A stretch of 64,000 bases of DNA from Thermoplasmata archaeon (GTDB lineage: Archaea; Thermoplasmatota; Thermoplasmata; RBG-16-68-12), in NCBI GenBank assembly GCA_035283985.1, contig DATESQ010000009.1:953-64952 (forward strand). The letters are read 5' to 3'. This document shows, in pieces, positions 46,008 through 56,297 of this stretch. Each line of letters starts with the position of its first letter. Positions within the stretch are counted from its first letter, which is position 1. The position numbers and the translations under genes are program-made. The notes beneath the pieces are model-generated. The model did not search any database. It had not been told where the DNA came from and was given only the letters and a program-made list of their open reading frames with translations.

Positions 46008-47267
46008 TCAGTTCAAGCCCTTCGGCCGATGCGCCTCGGGTTCAGGGACATAGGCTTCCTCGCCGAATTCCGAGATGTCCAGGCCCGCGTCTTCTCCCGC
46101 CGGACTCACTCGCAACGGTGTGAATCTGCCGATGAAGCGCAAGATCGCGTACGACCCGACGAACGAGAATGCCGCGACGACCACAACCGCCAAAGCCTGA
46201 ATCCCCAACTGACCGGGGTTCCCGTAAAACAGGCCGTTCGGCCCGCCGGGGTTGATCATCGACGACGCGAACAGGCCTGTCGCGAGCGTGCCCCATATTC
46301 CACCGGCGCCATGGCATGCGAAGACGTCCAGGGAATCATCGAGGGTCGTCCTCGCCCTCCAGCCTGCGACGTAGTTGCAGAGGACCCCGGCGACGAGTCC
46401 GATGACGATGGATGGCATCGGGCCGACGTATCCGGATGCCGGCGTAATCGCAACGAGACCGCAGACCGCGCCCAGTGACAATCCAACGGCTGATGGCTTA
46501 CCTTTCCTCACCCAATCCGTGAGCATCCAGCCCACCGCGGAAGCCGCGGCAGCCAGGTTTGTGACAACCAACGCATTCACTGCCAAGGCGTTCGCAGCGA
46601 GGGCACTTCCGGCATTGAAGCCGAACCATCCGAACCACAGCACGGACGCGCCCAAGATTACGTAGGGCACATTGTTTGGCCGACTATCTAGACGTCCAAT
46701 TCCTCCCCGTCGCCCGATCACAAGGGCGGCCGCGACCGCGGAGACTCCGGCGGCGGTGTGGACGACCAAACCGCCCGCGAAGTCGATGACGCCCAACGAC
46801 CTCAACCAGCCGCCGAGTCCCCAGTTCCAATGCGCGATCGGGACGTAGATGAAGGTCGTCCATAGAACGATGTAGATCATGAGGGATTTGAACCGGATCC
46901 GCTCCGCGAACGCACCGATGATTAGGGCGGGAGTGATCGCCGCGAACTTGAGCTGGAATGCGAAGTAAAGGATCTCCGGAATCGTCGAAGCGTACCCGAG
47001 ATTGGGCGCCGCCCCGACGTTGTTCAATCCGAAATTGGACAGGTTGCCGATGAAGCCGTTGAACGAGGGCCCCAAAGCCAGCGTGTAGCCCCACAGCGCC
47101 CAGACCAGACTCACGACCGCAAAGATCGCGAAGCACTGGGCGATCGTCGAAACGAGGTTCTTCCTCCTCACGAGTCCGCCATAGAAGAAGCCCAAGGCGG
47201 GCGTCATGATCATCACAAGGGCCGTGGCCGCGATGACCCAGGCGATGTCACCGGAGTCTAACGCCAC
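46008..47267 (-). CDS. amt: Ammonium transporter (Amt/MEP family)
   Basis: The 11-TM Amt signature includes DFAGG.VVH and GAFAERIRF. No glnK follows it. Confidence 0.9.
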   Translation of the reverse strand: MALDSGDIAWVIAATALVMIMTPALGFFYGGLVRRKNLVSTIAQCFAIFAVVSLVWALWGYTLALGPSFNGFIGNLSNFGLNNVGAAPNLGYASTIPEILYFAFQLKFAAITPALIIGAFAERIRFKSLMIYIVLWTTFIYVPIAHWNWGLGGWLRSLGVIDFAGGLVVHTAAGVSAVAAALVIGRRGGIGRLDSRPNNVPYVILGASVLWFGWFGFNAGSALAANALAVNALVVTNLAAAASAVGWMLTDWVRKGKPSAVGLSLGAVCGLVAITPASGYVGPMPSIVIGLVAGVLCNYVAGWRARTTLDDSLDVFACHGAGGIWGTLATGLFASSMINPGGPNGLFYGNPGQLGIQALAVVVVAAFSFVGSYAILRFIGRFTPLRVSPAGEDAGLDISEFGEEAYVPEPEAHRPKGLN

Positions 47268-47474
47268 TAACGAGCCCCCCGCCGAAGTCCGTTTGGGCGG
47301 GGAAGCCGACTACGGCATATAACGCCTCCCCTCTTCACCCGCACAGACCTAACGGTGCCACCCTTCCCGCGGCGAATCCGATCGAAAATGTCCTGCGCCC
47401 CTGCTCCGCAAGATGGTCGCTGCGGGTCTCCTCGGTGCAAGACGGGCCGCGGTTTCTATGAATATGAGTAGTCG

Positions 47475-49454
47475 CTAGCGCGGCTCGCCCTCGAGCTCAC
47501 CCTCGTCCCACTCCGCCTCGGGCTCGCCGGGTGGCTCCATGACGACGACCTTCGCGGGCTTCCACGTCTCGTACGGCGGCTCGGCCTCCGGGCGGCGGCG
47601 CCACCGAAGAAACGCGACGACCACGATGGCGCCAAGGACGACGGCCGCCGCGGCGATCACGAGCGCGACGTTCGATGGGGGCGGCACGGGTCGCAGGACG
47701 ATCGTTCCGAGCGCACCCTGCTCGGGTGCGATCACGACCTCCTGCCTGTACACCTCGAATCCGTCGCGCGACACGGAGAGCGCGTACGCCCCCTGCTCGA
47801 CCGACCCGATCGCAAAGTCGCCCGTTCCGTTCGTGAGGACGACGCGCCCCCCGAGTTGGACGTGCGCCCCGCCCAAGGGATCCCCGGACGTGTCTTCGAC
47901 CCGCCCCGACACGGTGCCTCGCCATGGCTCCGTGACAAATCGGATCTGCTTCGACTGGAACATCTCGTTCCCGCTGAGGTCCCTCGAAACCGCGCGGACG
48001 AATAGGACGTACGCGGTCTTGTACCCCATCGGGGTGAGAGCCGCGAACTCCACGGTCGCATCGTTCGGCCAGCGGAAGTCCGCGAGCACGACGTCCTCCG
48101 TGATCCCGATTCCGCTCCGCACGGACGCCCGGTCCATCGGCTCGCTGAAGATGATCGAGAACCGCTGGGTCCGGCTCACGTTCTCCTGGCCGTCGAACGG
48201 CGTCGTCCACAGGATCCGGGGCGGACCCGTGTCGCTCTGTTCCGCGGTCGTGAACCGCCAGGTCTCGTTCGCCCCGCCGTTCAGCAGGTTGCCCGTCTCG
48301 TCCTGCGCGACTGTTGCGTCGAGACTTGCCGTGTACCGCGTCCCGAACGCGAGGGTGCGGGTCGGCCGGAATGAGAACGCGTCGAGTCCTGACGCCCAGC
48401 TCGCGGTCCCGTTCGCGACCGTGTAGACGGCCGTGCCGTCCGTGTACGAAAAGCCCTGCTCGACGGAGGCCCGGTCCAACCGCTCCGAGAACACGACGTG
48501 GATCCACGTCGTCGGATTCACGTCGGTCGCATCCGCCGCGGGGGTCGTGCCCGCAACGGTCGGCGGTGTCGTATCCTCGGCCTCGGTTGTGAACTGGATG
48601 CGTAGATCGTCGACGGGGGACCCTTGGGACACCCCGTTCCCGTTTCCATCGAGCCCGCGTCCCTCGCGGTCCGTGGTCCCGCTTCCGGGGATCGTGAGGT
48701 TGTACGTCGTGGCGTTCTTCAGGTTCGGATCCGGATTGAAGAGGACCGTGTCGTCGGGGAACCGGGCCCCGCTCCACGAGACCGTGCCGTTCGCCCTCGT
48801 GAGCGTCGGCGCTCCGTCGCCCGCGAGCCCGAACCCGTTCTCCACGCTGCTGCGGACCATCGCCTTGCTAAAGACGACCCGGATCGACGTGGAGATCGAC
48901 ACATTCTCGGCCCCGGCGACCGGTTCGACCTGGAGCACTCGCGGCGGCGTCGTGTCCGCGATGATCGAAAACGACCACGAATATCCGTCCCCCCCGATTC
49001 CGTCCTGGTTCCCATCGAGGAGGTTCGCCTCGAAGTCCCTCGCCACGCCGCCGTCGATGTACACCGTGACGGTCCCGCCCGTCGCGAACTCGAGGCGGGG
49101 ATCGAACCGCATCGTATCGTCTGGGGCGGAGCCATTCGTCCACTGCGTCGTGCCGTCCGCGACCGTGTAGAGCGAGTTTCCGTCACTGTAACTCAGCGCG
49201 CCCTCGACGGACGCCGGATCCATGCGCGCGGTGAACCGGATATCGATCACGGTACTGGGTCCGACGACGCTTCCGGGGGCGGGCGATGTCGAGAGGACCC
49301 GCGGAGGCACGAGGGAGGGTGGGGCCGTCCAGCGGACCATCCCGTCGGTACGATTTGCAGGGAATTCTGTCGGGCCGCCAGCGAGTTCCATCGTGGGAGC
49401 AAGGACGAGGGCGAGTAGCGGGAGGATTGCAAGCAAGGGCCACAGTCGAGCCAT
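47475..49454 (-). CDS. Large cell-surface protein: signal peptide, repeated Ig-like domains, a carboxypeptidase-regulatory-like domain, a C-terminal TM anchor and an acidic tail
   Basis: The signal is MARLWPLLAILPLLALVLA. Ig-like/Big repeats are rich in Thr and Gly. The CarboxypepD_reg-like segment is GTVSGRVEDTSGDPLGGAHVQLGG. The TM helix is ALVIAAAAVVLGAIVVVAFL, followed by RWRRR and an acidic end. Confidence 0.65.
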   Translation of the reverse strand: MARLWPLLAILPLLALVLAPTMELAGGPTEFPANRTDGMVRWTAPPSLVPPRVLSTSPAPGSVVGPSTVIDIRFTARMDPASVEGALSYSDGNSLYTVADGTTQWTNGSAPDDTMRFDPRLEFATGGTVTVYIDGGVARDFEANLLDGNQDGIGGDGYSWSFSIIADTTPPRVLQVEPVAGAENVSISTSIRVVFSKAMVRSSVENGFGLAGDGAPTLTRANGTVSWSGARFPDDTVLFNPDPNLKNATTYNLTIPGSGTTDREGRGLDGNGNGVSQGSPVDDLRIQFTTEAEDTTPPTVAGTTPAADATDVNPTTWIHVVFSERLDRASVEQGFSYTDGTAVYTVANGTASWASGLDAFSFRPTRTLAFGTRYTASLDATVAQDETGNLLNGGANETWRFTTAEQSDTGPPRILWTTPFDGQENVSRTQRFSIIFSEPMDRASVRSGIGITEDVVLADFRWPNDATVEFAALTPMGYKTAYVLFVRAVSRDLSGNEMFQSKQIRFVTEPWRGTVSGRVEDTSGDPLGGAHVQLGGRVVLTNGTGDFAIGSVEQGAYALSVSRDGFEVYRQEVVIAPEQGALGTIVLRPVPPPSNVALVIAAAAVVLGAIVVVAFLRWRRRPEAEPPYETWKPAKVVVMEPPGEPEAEWDEGELEGEPR

Positions 49455-49612
49455 GGCGCACCGATAGGGTGCAAAACATTGTGGAGGGCGTATAAACGGT
49501 TATTTGTGCCTCCTTCAAATTCTGAGGACGTTTGGGGCCGATTCGGCGGTCCACGACGAAACCTCTTTTAGCACCTGCCGCTATACTCCGCGATTTCTCA
49601 CAGGGACACACA

Positions 49613-52600
49613 ATGATACGCAAGGTAACAAGACAGTACGGCCGGGAGGAGGTCCTTGCGCTCCTCCAGCCGCTCGTCCGGGATTGGTTCGCGTCGAAGT
49701 TTTCCGGCCTCACGGAGCCCCAGGCGTACGCCGTCCCCCTCATCCACGAGCGGAAGAACGTCCTCGTCTCGTCCCCGACAGGCTCCGGGAAGACCCTCAC
49801 TGCGTTCCTCACGATCATCAACGAACTGTATTCGATGCAGCTCCGCGGGGAGCTCGAGGACAAGATTTACGCGGTGTACATCTCACCCCTGAAGGCCCTC
49901 GCGAACGACATCAACCGGAACCTCGAGCAGCCCCTCCAGGAGATGACGGCCCTCGCGCAGGACAAGGGCCTCCCGCCCCCGGAGATTCGCGTCGCAGTGC
50001 GGTCCGGCGACACCTCTGCTCAGGAGCGGCAGCGACAGGCCCGGAAGCCCCCCCACATCTTCATCACGACGCCGGAGTCGTTGACGCTCGTCCTCTCCGC
50101 GCCGAAGTTCCGGGAGAGCTTCACGACCGCCAGGTGGGTCATCGTCGACGAGATCCACGAAGTGTGCGGGAACAAGCGGGGCGCCCTCCTCGCGTTGTCC
50201 GTCGAGCGGCTCCAAGACCACGTCGGGCCTGAGCTCACCCGCGTCGGCCTCTCGGCGACGATCGCCCCGATCGACGAGGTCGCGAAGTACCTCGTGGGCT
50301 ATGCGAAGGGAAAGCTCCGAGAGATTCACGTCGTCGAGGTCGAGAGCCGGAAGTCCCTCGACATCGCCGTCGTGTGTCCCGTCCGGGACCTCGCGGAGTA
50401 TGCACTGGAGGAGGCGAACGCGCGGATGTACGATCTCCTCTCGAGCCTCATCGAGCAGCGCCGCACGACGCTGATCTTCACGAACACTCGGAGCGGGACG
50501 GAGCACGTCGCGTTCAAGCTCAAGGAGCGGGGGATCGAGAACCTCGAGGCCCACCACGGGAGCCTGTCGAAGGAAACCCGGATTGAGGTCGAGGAGAAGC
50601 TGAAGCGCGGCGACCTGAAGGTCGTCGTGTCGTCGACGTCCCTCGAGCTCGGGATCGACATCGGGTACATCGACCTCGTGTGCCAGATTGGCTCCCCGAA
50701 GTCGATTGCGAAAGCGCTTCAGCGGATTGGCCGCGCGGGGCACAACTACGGGGACACCTCCGTCGGACGGCTCATCGTGTTCGAGCCATGGGACCTCGTC
50801 GAGTGCGCGACCCTCGTGAAGAACGCGTACGAGAACCGGATCGATCGCGTCGACATCCTGCGGAACCCGCTCGACGTCCTCGCGCAGGCGATCATCGGGA
50901 TGTCCCTCGAGAAGCGGTGGGACGTCGACGAGGCGTTCGAGCTCGTCCGCCGGACGTACACGTATCACGAGCTCCCGAAGAAGGACTTCCACAGCCTCCT
51001 CGAGTACCTCTCGAGCCGGAACCCGGACGTGAAGGTTTTCGCGAAGATCTGGTACGACGAGGACGAGCAGCGGTTCGGCAAGAAACGCGGGACGCGGCTC
51101 ATCTATTTCACAAACGTCGGCACGATCCCCGAGGAGGGCTCGTACCGCGTGTTCTCCGAGCGCGGTTCGCCGCTCGGCGAGCTGAGCGAGAAGTTCGTCG
51201 AGTACCTGAAGCCCGGCGACATCTTCGTCCTCGGCGGGCGCACGCACCAGTTCGTCCGCGCGCGGGGGATGACCGTGTACGTGAAGGACGCCGCGGGCCG
51301 GCGGCCGACGGTGCCCTCTTGGACGGGCGAAATGCTCCCGCGGTCCTTCGACCTCTCCGTCGCGGTCGGCGAGTTTCGGCGGATCCTCGCAGAGAAGATC
51401 GAGGAGCTCGGCGAGGAGGCCGCGGTCGAGTGGCTCCTCGAGAGCTTCCGACTCGATGAGGGCTCCGCGCGGAGCCTCGTGAGCTACATGCAGGAGCAGC
51501 GGGCCGTGCTGCCGGACCTCCCGACGGATCGCCAGGTCGTCGTCGAGGGGTACGTGGACGAGAAGGGGAACCGGAACCTCATCTTCCACTACCCATTCGG
51601 GCGGCGGGTCAACGACGCCCTGTCTCGCGCGTTCGCCCACGCGATTACGGAGAAGTACCACACGAACGTCCGCGTGGGCGTCACGGACGACAACTTCATG
51701 CTCACGATCCCGAAGCGCGTCGACCTCGAGGGCGTCGAGGCGCTCGTGACGTCGAAGGACCTCGAGGACCGCCTGCGGCGGGCGGTGCGGAACACGGAGC
51801 TGTTCAAGCAGCGCTTCCGTCACTGCGCGACCCGGGCGTTCATGATCCTCCGGAGCTACAAGGGCCGCGAGGTCTCGATCGGCCGCCAGCAGCTCCGGTC
51901 CCAGCGCGTCCTCGACTGGCTCCACGAGATCGAGGACTTCCCCGTTGTGAAGGAGACCTACCAGGAGATCCTGAACGAGGTGATGGACGTCCGCCAAGCG
52001 AAGCACGTCCTCGAGCGGATCGAGGCGGGTGAGATCACGGTGAAGGTCACGGGCTTCTCGAACCTCCCGTCGCCGTTCGCGCACAATGCGATTCTGGCGG
52101 GGATCAGCGACCTCGTCCTCATGGAGGACCGGTCCGCGATGCTTCGCGAGCTTCACAAGCAGATCCTGAAGAGGGTCGTCCCGGTAAGCGAGCTCGAGGC
52201 CGCGCAGTTCACGGAGGAGGAGGTCCGCGCGTACTTCAAGCGAAAGCTGCCGCGGGTCGAGCGGAAGGAGGACATCCTCCACGCCCTCGAGCGCGTCGGC
52301 GCCCTCAATCTCCTCCAGCAGAAGGGTCGCTCCATCTTCGAGTTCTCCGACGTGCCGTTCGAGGAGCTCCGGACGTGGGCCTCGGACTTAATGGAGGCGG
52401 GCACGGTCCAGAGCGTCTGGACCCCGCAGGGGATCGTGTGGGCCCTCACGGACGAGGTCCCGCTGTACGCGGCGGTGTTCGCGCAGGCCGTGCGGCGGAA
52501 GCCGGAGGACGAGGCCGTCGTGAAGGCTCTCGACAGCGGCCCGGCGACCCTCAAGGCCCTTTCGAAGAAGCTCGGCTGGGGCAAGGAGGAGACGAACGAG

Positions 52601-55027
52601 ATCCTTCGGAAGCTCGAGCGCGCGTACCTCGTCCACCGCCGCGGCATCGAGGAGACCGTGTTCGCGCTCCGCCCACTGAAGAAGGAAAGCTTCGAGACCG
52701 CCCTCGATCGCCTCCTCACGCGCCACCTCGACGTCCACGGCCCGACGATCGCGCACGGCCTCGCGTTCGTCCTCGATCTCGAAGAGGACCTCGTGAAGGA
52801 GGCGCTCCGCGACCTCGAGCAGGAGGGGGTCGTCGCGTCCGGGAGTTTCGTCGTCGGCGGGGAGTACCAGTACCTGCTCGTGCACGACCTCCAGAAGCTC
52901 CGGCGGAAGGGCGACACCAGGGAGGTTTTCGAGGAAGGCCAGGTGAAGGCGTTCCTCCTGAGCAAGCAGTTCTCCGGACTCCCGACGATCGAGGACTACT
53001 TCAACCTCTTCGGCGAGGCGGGATGGGCCCTCGACATCGCGAACCACGTCGCGTCGTTCGACTACGCGGACTGGCTGCGACGGCGGGAGAAGGGCGACGT
53101 CCTCGAGGGCCGCTTCCTGAACGGCCGCCTCCGGTACGTCCGCGCAAAGGACGCGCCTCTCTTCCTATCTGCGTTCCCACGCTCGGACCTTGAGCCCCTC
53201 GCTGCGAAAGTCCATGAGATCGTAAAGGCGCATCCGGATGGAATCGACTTCAGCGGGATTGCGGCCGCCCTGCGCGGGGAGGAGCGGGACCGCGTGAAGG
53301 AAGCCTTCGAGTCCCTCGATTACGACTGCTACGTAATCCGGAAATTCCAGGGCGAGGGGTGGACGACGCGGAATGTGTACGTCCCGTTCGACGTTGGGGA
53401 CGACCTCGTCGAGGACGCGGTGGAGACGGTCGTCCTGAACTTCCTCCGGGCCTGCGGGCCCGCGCCGCTCTCCGGGATCCGCGAGTACGCACGGTTCCAC
53501 TGGGACGAGATCGAGTCGTTGATGGACGGCCTCGAGGAAGGGGGCAAGGTGAAACGGATTCTCGTCTCCGGAAAGGGCGAAGGGGAGATGTTCCTCCTCG
53601 CGGACGAAGTCGACGCGCTTCGGAAAACCCACGCGGAGGACGCGAAAGACCGCGTTCGGATCCTCTCGATCCTGGACCCGTGGACGCAGCCGCTGTGGGC
53701 GCAGGTCGCCGCGCGGTGGGGCGAGGGATGGTTCTATCCGATTGTGAAGGACGGGGACCTCGTCGGGATGGCGGAGATCTGGGAGATGAGCGGGTGCATC
53801 GAGATCCGGGAGCTCGACCTGAATGGCCCCGACCTACTCCCGGCCGTCCTCGAGGCCGTGGACCGGTTCATGGAGTTCTTCCGGGCCCGCGGGTTCGATA
53901 TCGTGCGGATCACGCGCGCGCTCGGGAAGGAGGTACCGGAGCTCGACAACGTGCAGGCGTTCCTCGAGGCCGGATACGTGCGCCTCGGCGACTTCCTCGC
54001 AAAAGGGAATCTCGTGCCGCGGGATTTCGAGAAGTCCCAGCTCCTCGCGTACGTGTTCCGCCGCCAGGGGCTCGACCCGGCGCGTCCGTTCAAGGACCCC
54101 ATCGACGTGTCGAACGCGCTCCTCGGCGTTCGCTCGGACCTCGCCGCTCGCCTCAGAGCGCACGAATTCGTTCCCCTCGAGCGCCTCCACCGACGGGGCC
54201 TCCTCGCGCGGGGCCTCGGAATCCCGAGCACGTGGACGTACTGCACGGAGGCGGACCTCATGCTGTTCAAGCGCGCGAAGGACATCCGCCTCACGAAGGA
54301 GATGCGCGCGGTCCTCGAGGTCGTGAAGAATCATGAGCCGATCACGCGGGGCCGGATTCTCGCCCTCGCCCCGTTCGGCTACACGGCCGCCTCCCGGGCC
54401 CTCAAGAAGCTCTACGACGGCCTCCACGTCACGCGGGACCCGAACAACCGGTACCGTTCCGTTCGCGACCTTCGGATTCCCGTCGAAGAGGCCCGTCGGG
54501 CCGTTCTCCGGAGAATCGCAGAGAGCCTCGGCGTCTTCTCCGCGGAAGCGCTCGGTGCGTACACGCGGTTCGCGTACAACATGGCGGAGGTCCGCCGCCT
54601 CCTCCGGGAGTTCGAGAAGGAAGGGTGGCTCGTGAAGGGCTTCTTCGCGCGGGGGGAGCGGACCGTATACTGGATGCTGAAGGAGGGCCTCGACGCGATC
54701 GACGATCTCTCGTTTGACCGCCCGTTCGTCCTCACGCCCCAGGACAACCTGATTCTGTTCCTCCGGGAGGCGATCGTGGAGCGGTGGCATATGGGGATGT
54801 GCTACGTGATCTTCGACGGAACGCAGATGGTCGCGGCGTTCAAGGCGAAGCGCCGGAAGACCTCCCTCGCCGTCACGGAGTACGAGGGCGACCCCGCCGC
54901 GCGCCGGATCCTCGAGGAGTTCGAGGACCAGAACGAGATCGAGGTCGGGGAGCACGTCGAGCGGATCAGCGACGCGGAGGTCATGGAGTGGTACTCGAAG
55001 ATGTACGGCCGGGGGACGATGAAGTGA
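49613..55027 (+). CDS. lhr: Lhr-family superfamily-2 helicase (1804 aa) with a long C-terminal extension containing several winged-helix-like modules
   Basis: The helicase motifs are VLVSSPTGSGKT (I), DEIHE (II), SAT (III), the motif VI region QRIGRAGH, and Lhr-core features. The ATG at 49613 lies about 28 nt downstream of a TATA-like gctatact, suggesting a leaderless transcript. Confidence 0.85.
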   Translation: MIRKVTRQYGREEVLALLQPLVRDWFASKFSGLTEPQAYAVPLIHERKNVLVSSPTGSGKTLTAFLTIINELYSMQLRGELEDKIYAVYISPLKALANDINRNLEQPLQEMTALAQDKGLPPPEIRVAVRSGDTSAQERQRQARKPPHIFITTPESLTLVLSAPKFRESFTTARWVIVDEIHEVCGNKRGALLALSVERLQDHVGPELTRVGLSATIAPIDEVAKYLVGYAKGKLREIHVVEVESRKSLDIAVVCPVRDLAEYALEEANARMYDLLSSLIEQRRTTLIFTNTRSGTEHVAFKLKERGIENLEAHHGSLSKETRIEVEEKLKRGDLKVVVSSTSLELGIDIGYIDLVCQIGSPKSIAKALQRIGRAGHNYGDTSVGRLIVFEPWDLVECATLVKNAYENRIDRVDILRNPLDVLAQAIIGMSLEKRWDVDEAFELVRRTYTYHELPKKDFHSLLEYLSSRNPDVKVFAKIWYDEDEQRFGKKRGTRLIYFTNVGTIPEEGSYRVFSERGSPLGELSEKFVEYLKPGDIFVLGGRTHQFVRARGMTVYVKDAAGRRPTVPSWTGEMLPRSFDLSVAVGEFRRILAEKIEELGEEAAVEWLLESFRLDEGSARSLVSYMQEQRAVLPDLPTDRQVVVEGYVDEKGNRNLIFHYPFGRRVNDALSRAFAHAITEKYHTNVRVGVTDDNFMLTIPKRVDLEGVEALVTSKDLEDRLRRAVRNTELFKQRFRHCATRAFMILRSYKGREVSIGRQQLRSQRVLDWLHEIEDFPVVKETYQEILNEVMDVRQAKHVLERIEAGEITVKVTGFSNLPSPFAHNAILAGISDLVLMEDRSAMLRELHKQILKRVVPVSELEAAQFTEEEVRAYFKRKLPRVERKEDILHALERVGALNLLQQKGRSIFEFSDVPFEELRTWASDLMEAGTVQSVWTPQGIVWALTDEVPLYAAVFAQAVRRKPEDEAVVKALDSGPATLKALSKKLGWGKEETNEILRKLERAYLVHRRGIEETVFALRPLKKESFETALDRLLTRHLDVHGPTIAHGLAFVLDLEEDLVKEALRDLEQEGVVASGSFVVGGEYQYLLVHDLQKLRRKGDTREVFEEGQVKAFLLSKQFSGLPTIEDYFNLFGEAGWALDIANHVASFDYADWLRRREKGDVLEGRFLNGRLRYVRAKDAPLFLSAFPRSDLEPLAAKVHEIVKAHPDGIDFSGIAAALRGEERDRVKEAFESLDYDCYVIRKFQGEGWTTRNVYVPFDVGDDLVEDAVETVVLNFLRACGPAPLSGIREYARFHWDEIESLMDGLEEGGKVKRILVSGKGEGEMFLLADEVDALRKTHAEDAKDRVRILSILDPWTQPLWAQVAARWGEGWFYPIVKDGDLVGMAEIWEMSGCIEIRELDLNGPDLLPAVLEAVDRFMEFFRARGFDIVRITRALGKEVPELDNVQAFLEAGYVRLGDFLAKGNLVPRDFEKSQLLAYVFRRQGLDPARPFKDPIDVSNALLGVRSDLAARLRAHEFVPLERLHRRGLLARGLGIPSTWTYCTEADLMLFKRAKDIRLTKEMRAVLEVVKNHEPITRGRILALAPFGYTAASRALKKLYDGLHVTRDPNNRYRSVRDLRIPVEEARRAVLRRIAESLGVFSAEALGAYTRFAYNMAEVRRLLREFEKEGWLVKGFFARGERTVYWMLKEGLDAIDDLSFDRPFVLTPQDNLILFLREAIVERWHMGMCYVIFDGTQMVAAFKAKRRKTSLAVTEYEGDPAARRILEEFEDQNEIEVGEHVERISDAEVMEWYSKMYGRGTMK

Positions 55028-55085
55028 GGGCCGCGACGAAAACCTCGCAAACGTTTATGGCGACACCTTGGGATTCGCGGCCGGC

Positions 55086-56297
55086 ATGAACCCCGCGAAG
55101 GTGTTCGCCGTTCTCGAGAAGTCCCGCGACGAGATGGTGCGAACCCTTGCGGACCTGTGCCGGATCCCCGCGATCGGTCCCGCCTCGAACGGCGAGGGTG
55201 AGACGAAGAAGGCGGAGATGGTCGAGTCCCTCCTGAATGGCTTCGGCACCAAGGTCGAGCGGCACGACGCGCGGGACGACCGCGTGCCCTCCGGGATCCG
55301 CCCGAACCTCGTCGTGAAGACCGGCAAGGGCTCGCCCCGCCTGTGGCTCCTCACACACCTCGACGTCGTCCCGCCCGGGGATCGCGCAGGATGGCGGTGC
55401 GACCCCTTCGACCCACGCGTGTTCAACGGCAGGCTCTACGGTCGCGGCGTCGAGGACAACGGCCAGGCCCTCGTCGCGACGTCGTACGCTCTGAAGGCGG
55501 TGCTCGACGTCGCGGGCGAGCCGTCCCGCCCCGTCGGGCTGTGCTACGTCTCCGACGAGGAGACGGGGAACGAGAAGGGCGTCCGGCACGTGATTGCGAA
55601 GGGCCTCTTCGCGAAGAAGGACCTCATTCTCGCGCCGGACCGGGGCGTCTCCGACGGCTCCGAGATCGAGATCAAGGAGAAGAACCTCCTGTGGTTCCGT
55701 GTGACGGTCCGCGGGACGCAGGGCCACGCGAGCCGGCCGGAGGTCGCCATCAACGCGCACCGCGCGGGCGCATACCTCGTCACGCTCATCGACGCTCGCC
55801 TCCACAAGAAATTCCGGGCCGCGGATCCACTGTTCCGACCCGCAGAGTCGACGTTCGAGCCGACGAAGCGGGAGGCGAACGTCCCGAATGTGAACACGAT
55901 CCCGGGCGAGGACGTGTTTTACTTCGACTGCCGCGTCCTCCCGGTGTACAAGAACAAAGCGGTTTTCCAGGAGGTCGAGGCCGCCCTCCAAGAGACGGAG
56001 AACCGGTTCGGCGTGAAGGCGGAGATTGAGGTGATCCAGGACGAGTCGAGCCCTCCGACGCCCGAGGCCGCGCCGATCGTCGGACTCCTGAAGACGGCGA
56101 TCGGGACCGCGCGCGGCCTCAAGGCGAGGGTCGTCGGAATCGGCGGCGGGACCGTCGCTGCACACTTCCGAAAGGCCGGGTACCCCGCGGCGGTGTGGCA
56201 GACGACGGACCAGACGGGTCACGCAGTCGACGAATACGTGTCGATCGCGAATCTCGTCGCGGACGCGAAGGTGTTCGCGGCCCTCATGCTTGCGTAG
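55086..56297 (+). CDS. M20-family metallopeptidase/deacylase (ArgE/DapE-like)
   Basis: The metal-ligand motifs are LLTHLDVVPPG, GRGVEDNGQALV and SDEETG. Confidence 0.75.
   Translation: MNPAKVFAVLEKSRDEMVRTLADLCRIPAIGPASNGEGETKKAEMVESLLNGFGTKVERHDARDDRVPSGIRPNLVVKTGKGSPRLWLLTHLDVVPPGDRAGWRCDPFDPRVFNGRLYGRGVEDNGQALVATSYALKAVLDVAGEPSRPVGLCYVSDEETGNEKGVRHVIAKGLFAKKDLILAPDRGVSDGSEIEIKEKNLLWFRVTVRGTQGHASRPEVAINAHRAGAYLVTLIDARLHKKFRAADPLFRPAESTFEPTKREANVPNVNTIPGEDVFYFDCRVLPVYKNKAVFQEVEAALQETENRFGVKAEIEVIQDESSPPTPEAAPIVGLLKTAIGTARGLKARVVGIGGGTVAAHFRKAGYPAAVWQTTDQTGHAVDEYVSIANLVADAKVFAALMLA

Noticed and set aside
49613-55027. An intein in the oversized Lhr helicase
   Set aside because: No Cys/Ser...His-Asn-bounded insertion or LAGLIDADG/HNH blocks were found. 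The helicase motifs are contiguous.
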